In this document: positions 60,505-64,000 of the stretch, piece after piece | Layout of the letters: each line of letters begins with the position of its first letter | Numbering within the stretch: position 1 is the first letter of the stretch | Assembly: GCA_965218425.1 (NCBI GenBank) | Contig: OZ244621.1 | Coordinates: 3,904,001-3,968,000, forward strand | Reading direction: 5' to 3' | DNA length: 64,000 bases | Source: an uncultured Candidatus Binatia bacterium | Lineage (GTDB): Bacteria; Desulfobacterota; Binatia; UBA9968; CAXXLF01 | Made by a program: the position numbers and the translations under genes | The notes under the pieces: model-generated | What the model saw: the letters and a program-made list of their open reading frames with translations, nothing else | What the model was told of the DNA's origin: nothing | Database searches by the model: none

Positions 60505-61797
60505 CTAATCTCTTACGTCGGCTTCCAACTCTTTCGCGCGAACTTTCCAATGTTTTGTCATGGGAACAAGCTCGTGTGTGGCGATGATCCGAAAACGCTT
60601 GCGCACACGCTCCCCAATCACATTTGCCGGTTCTCCACCTTCCTGGACATCTCTAATTGCCTTCAACATGACCTGCCGCGCGACGCTAATGGCCCTATCC
60701 ATAGAGACAAGGTGCTCCTTCGACCGATCTTGAATAGGACCCATCCCTTCTACAGCGCAAAGGTCCTGCGCCTGGAAGTTCATACCTATACCCGTATAAC
60801 TCTCGCTAATCATCGAATCCCTATCCTGTTGGTAGCGATTGGCTTTGTTGCGGATTGGCTTATAATCCGGCGTCATATCAGCACGACTTCTTCTTAGACG
60901 GTCCTTATCGATGGCATTTTTTCTACCGAATAGAAAGGTATACTTCCAATGGTGTGTATCGTCGATCGGCACGTGCCAATTGACCGAGTACCCGCCCATC
61001 GCGTATCCGCTTCCGGGAAAGGCTGTGAAGTTGGGAAGGACAAAGTCCGTGATATACAAGTGGTATTGGTCTGGTCCCATGTCACGCCGAATCTTGTAAC
61101 TCCTCACTCCGAAACCCGTCAATTCCGCATCGTAGGTTTCGACTGTTGGGGCGGCACCCCGACCGCACAAACCTTCGACGCGCTTTCCTTCAGCGTCTCT
61201 ATGACGTTCCTCGCCGTCGCCAATTCCTCTGTTTCTGGAATTATAATGTAGAAAAGTTAAATGAGAGAGATCGATATTGCCCTCATTGCCCTGCAAATAG
61301 TTGCATTCATGAAAGAGCTTGATGGCAAAGACATGGTCTTGCGGTACACTAAGAAATTCATAGTTGGGAAACACCGTCGGCTCTCCAGGACCCAGATACG
61401 CAAAAATGACTCCTGCTCGCTCCACACAAGGATACGCCGGATGACGAATGGACTCCCGGTGTTCGCCTCCTCGAGGCTCGCCCGGCTGATCCAGACAACG
61501 CCCGTGAATGTCATAGAGCCAACCATGATAAATGCACCTCAACCCACCGTCTTCCACCCGACCGTAGCTCAGATCAGCACCCCGGTGAGAACAGTGAAGC
61601 TCCAGAAGCCCGGGACGCCCCTGATCGTCTCGAAACAGAACGAGATCCTCACCCAGAAGCCGAACGGGCAACGGGGCCCCTCCCAAAGCAAGCTCCTCGG
61701 AAAGCGCCGCGGGCTGCCAGTACTGCCGCATCAACTCCCCACACGGGGTCCCACGATCCGTACGGGTCAAAAGCTCGCTCTCCTGTCTGGTCATCAT
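60505..61797 (-). CDS. Rieske oxygenase alpha subunit (paralog of 56330-57610)
   Basis: CSHRG..CIYHGW; EGNIDLSHLTFLH; QD..EGMG. Confidence 0.92.
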   Translation of the reverse strand: MMTRQESELLTRTDRGTPCGELMRQYWQPAALSEELALGGAPLPVRLLGEDLVLFRDDQGRPGLLELHCSHRGADLSYGRVEDGGLRCIYHGWLYDIHGRCLDQPGEPRGGEHRESIRHPAYPCVERAGVIFAYLGPGEPTVFPNYEFLSVPQDHVFAIKLFHECNYLQGNEGNIDLSHLTFLHYNSRNRGIGDGEERHRDAEGKRVEGLCGRGAAPTVETYDAELTGFGVRSYKIRRDMGPDQYHLYITDFVLPNFTAFPGSGYAMGGYSVNWHVPIDDTHHWKYTFLFGRKNAIDKDRLRRSRADMTPDYKPIRNKANRYQQDRDSMISESYTGIGMNFQAQDLCAVEGMGPIQDRSKEHLVSMDRAISVARQVMLKAIRDVQEGGEPANVIGERVRKRFRIIATHELVPMTKHWKVRAKELEADVRD

Positions 61798-61865
61798 TCC
61801 TCTATCATGGATTATTGCTTTTCCCTACCTTTACCCTCCTGTATTGAGCCTGAAACGAAGGTGTC

Positions 61866-63062
61866 TTACTTCCCACGCTCACGGAGTATTTTTTTCACAA
61901 TCTCGAGGATGGCCGGTCTGGTTTTATAGATCTGATCCGTCGCTTGCAGATAATTGACCCCTTTAACACGCCGATACTCCAGAGGGATCATGTCTTTCGA
62001 GATGTCTTCCCTCATGGAGTTACCCGAGCTGGGATTGTCTGCGGCGGATATTCGCTGGAAGGCTAGCTGGCCCTCCCGTGAAAGAACCCAGTTGATAAAA
62101 ACCTTGGCAGCATTGGGATGAGGGGCTCGATTGATCCGCGCGAGAACTCCCCGGGATGGACCCAAGAGGCCTGTTTCTTTAAACTGCGAAGGAGTAAATT
62201 CATCAACAGGAAGTCCTTGCTTTTTCGCGTCATCGGAACCGCGATTGAAAAAGTAGAGGGCAAACTTCCCTACCGCAAGCCAATCCATGGTCTGGGCGTA
62301 ACTCCTAGTGAGGGCAATATCCATTTCGCCGAATAGCCGTCTAACGTATTTGGGGCCAATGTCTGACTTATTGTAGAAAAACAGCCCCCGATACCTCCTG
62401 TCCTTGGATTTCTAGGATCAGGGATTACGATCTTTTTTTTCCACTTGGGCTTGAGAAGGTCCCAATATGACTTTATTTCACGTGGGTCCACCAGTTTGGT
62501 ATTGTAAGCAATATCCCCAGCGCGAATCGTCCCCTCAAAAGAAAAAAAGTACTGACGGTGGAAGTCAAGATACTGGTGTTTTCCGTTCCACCACTTGGAC
62601 TGATCTTTCACCTCGGGCAGAATGAATTCCGTGTCGATGGTACCCACGATTCTGCGTTTAACAAAAAATTGGATCAGTGTACCTAAGGGAGATCCAAAGT
62701 GAACATCAAATCTGTATTTACCAGCTCGCCGTTCGGTTAGAATGATCTGATTGCGTTGAGAAACCGGACAGGCGAATCCTTCGATAACCTTGATTTTGGG
62801 AAATCTTTTCTCAAACTCGGTATAAATAAGGTGAAAACCCTCTGACGGTTAGGACCACCAGTTTCCCTTCTTTTTCGGCCGCCTCTACGGTCTTTTTCCA
62901 TTGCATCTGCCCGCCAAACTCAGCCGCGCCAACCCGGATGGCAAACGGTATACACAAAATCACGGAGAATAGAAGTCCGGCGCCCACCAGCTTCCGCCAC
63001 CGTGGACATCGGTTTTTCGGATTGCGCATCCTCGCAGGGCCCCACGTAACTCTTATTATCAT
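61866..63062 (-). pseudogene. AfuA-like ABC SBP with two frameshifts (paralog of 59279-60429)
   Basis: WKKTVEAAEKEG..TVRGFS; frameshifts near 62825 and at G run near 62387; SYWDLLKPKWK, APHPNAAKVFINW. Confidence 0.82.
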
Positions 63063-63081
63063 GCTGCACCCCCTGTCAGGC

Positions 63082-64000
63082 TCAGCTCCCGCCTTGGTCC
63101 ACCGGATCCAGCCGAAGCGTGACACCCTTTTTCTCCAGTTCGCTATAGTATTCCTCTTTGATGGCCGGGTTTTCTTTGTCGTAACGGATCATAAACGAAT
63201 ACGCGTGCGGATTATCCGATCGCGCCGTTCCCACCGGATCGTATGTCCGCCCTGTACCGTATCTCGCGGGCCCGGAGTGGATTGCAAGCTGAGTGAGGCG
63301 CCCTTTACCCGTATTGAAATGTTGGTGAAATTCATTGTGCTCCGGCGCAATGACTGCATAAGGTTTTGTGAGAACTTTACGCCGATTCTTTTCCTCACCC
63401 GGCATAAAGAGCAGCTCGTATCCTTCCCCCTCCACAACGATCACGTGAGCCCCGGCGCCATGTCTGTGGGCTGTGGCGTAGGTTCCTGGCGAGACGTCCA
63501 GAATGTGAAGTCCTATGGAGCAGCTGGCCATGGAAATGCGCATAATCGAGGTCCGAACCCCCCGTTCCTCCCAGGCATCCAGGGAAAACCGTCTAATGTC
63601 CGGTATAAAGTTTGTTTCGAAGAGTCTCTTATTCCAGTGTTTTCCCTCGTCGGCAAAAAAGCTCGGCATAAAATAGGAATACCTGTCCTTCAGTGAAAAC
63701 GGGTTGTTATAAACAAACTCTTCGTTATGATACAGATTGAGTACATGAGCCATATTGGATAGGAAAACCATTCGACATGGCTGTTCAGCGGAACTGTTGA
63801 ACTCCTGATGCCATGCATTCAGAGGAACGGCTAGCATTGATCCCTCTTCCCATTCCACCGTTTGCTTGGGCTCACCTTCCTGCCATATGGTGGATGCTCC
63901 CCGTCCTTTCATGACATACATAATCGCTTCGAAGATGTGACGCTCCGGTTTCAACTCTCCCCTTGGAGGTATTTCAACGATTTGAAGGTTGTAAGTCTCC
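63082..64000 (-). CDS. Bicupin protein (SPYExW-related subfamily), 5' end outside window
   Basis: EIPP..KPERHIFE, PLNAWHQEFN, FETNFIPD, AHRHGAG, FHQHFNTG. Confidence 0.85.
   Translation of the reverse strand, partial: ETYNLQIVEIPPRGELKPERHIFEAIMYVMKGRGASTIWQEGEPKQTVEWEEGSMLAVPLNAWHQEFNSSAEQPCRMVFLSNMAHVLNLYHNEEFVYNNPFSLKDRYSYFMPSFFADEGKHWNKRLFETNFIPDIRRFSLDAWEERGVRTSIMRISMASCSIGLHILDVSPGTYATAHRHGAGAHVIVVEGEGYELLFMPGEEKNRRKVLTKPYAVIAPEHNEFHQHFNTGKGRLTQLAIHSGPARYGTGRTYDPVGTARSDNPHAYSFMIRYDKENPAIKEEYYSELEKKGVTLRLDPVDQGGS

Overview
GC-rich bacterial chromosome segment that is almost entirely a paralog-rich catabolic/uptake region. Gene content and intergenic repeats are reminiscent of Ca. Binatota / uncultured Deltaproteobacteria, but that is inference. 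It encodes 11 bicupins, 9 amidohydrolase_2 genes (1 broken), 2 NahE/DapA-like aldolases, 2 Rieske oxygenase alpha subunits, a phthalate-dihydrodiol-dehydrogenase-like oxidoreductase, 2 OphC-like proteins, 2 UbiD, a LigB-family dioxygenase, 2 heme-oxygenase-like diiron proteins, FAH, M24, M29-fold, DinB and PanB-like proteins, many ABC solute-binding proteins, and an orphan His-tailed EutA-like ATPase with no EutBC. There are two IS elements (IS481 family with 5-bp target duplication and DDE Glu->Gln; IS630 family in a TA site inside an SBP gene) and several REP-like composite inverted repeats. No rRNA, tRNA, CRISPR or transcription factor was recognised. Best candidates for new biology: the EutA-like ATPase/bicupin system, a UbiD with a rewired Arg/Glu catalytic network, a PanB-like enzyme lacking its catalytic Glu, an active/degenerate amidohydrolase pair, gene-conversion-like mosaics between paralogs, and gene decay concentrated in transporter genes. 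All family calls come from reading motifs by eye; no database search was run.
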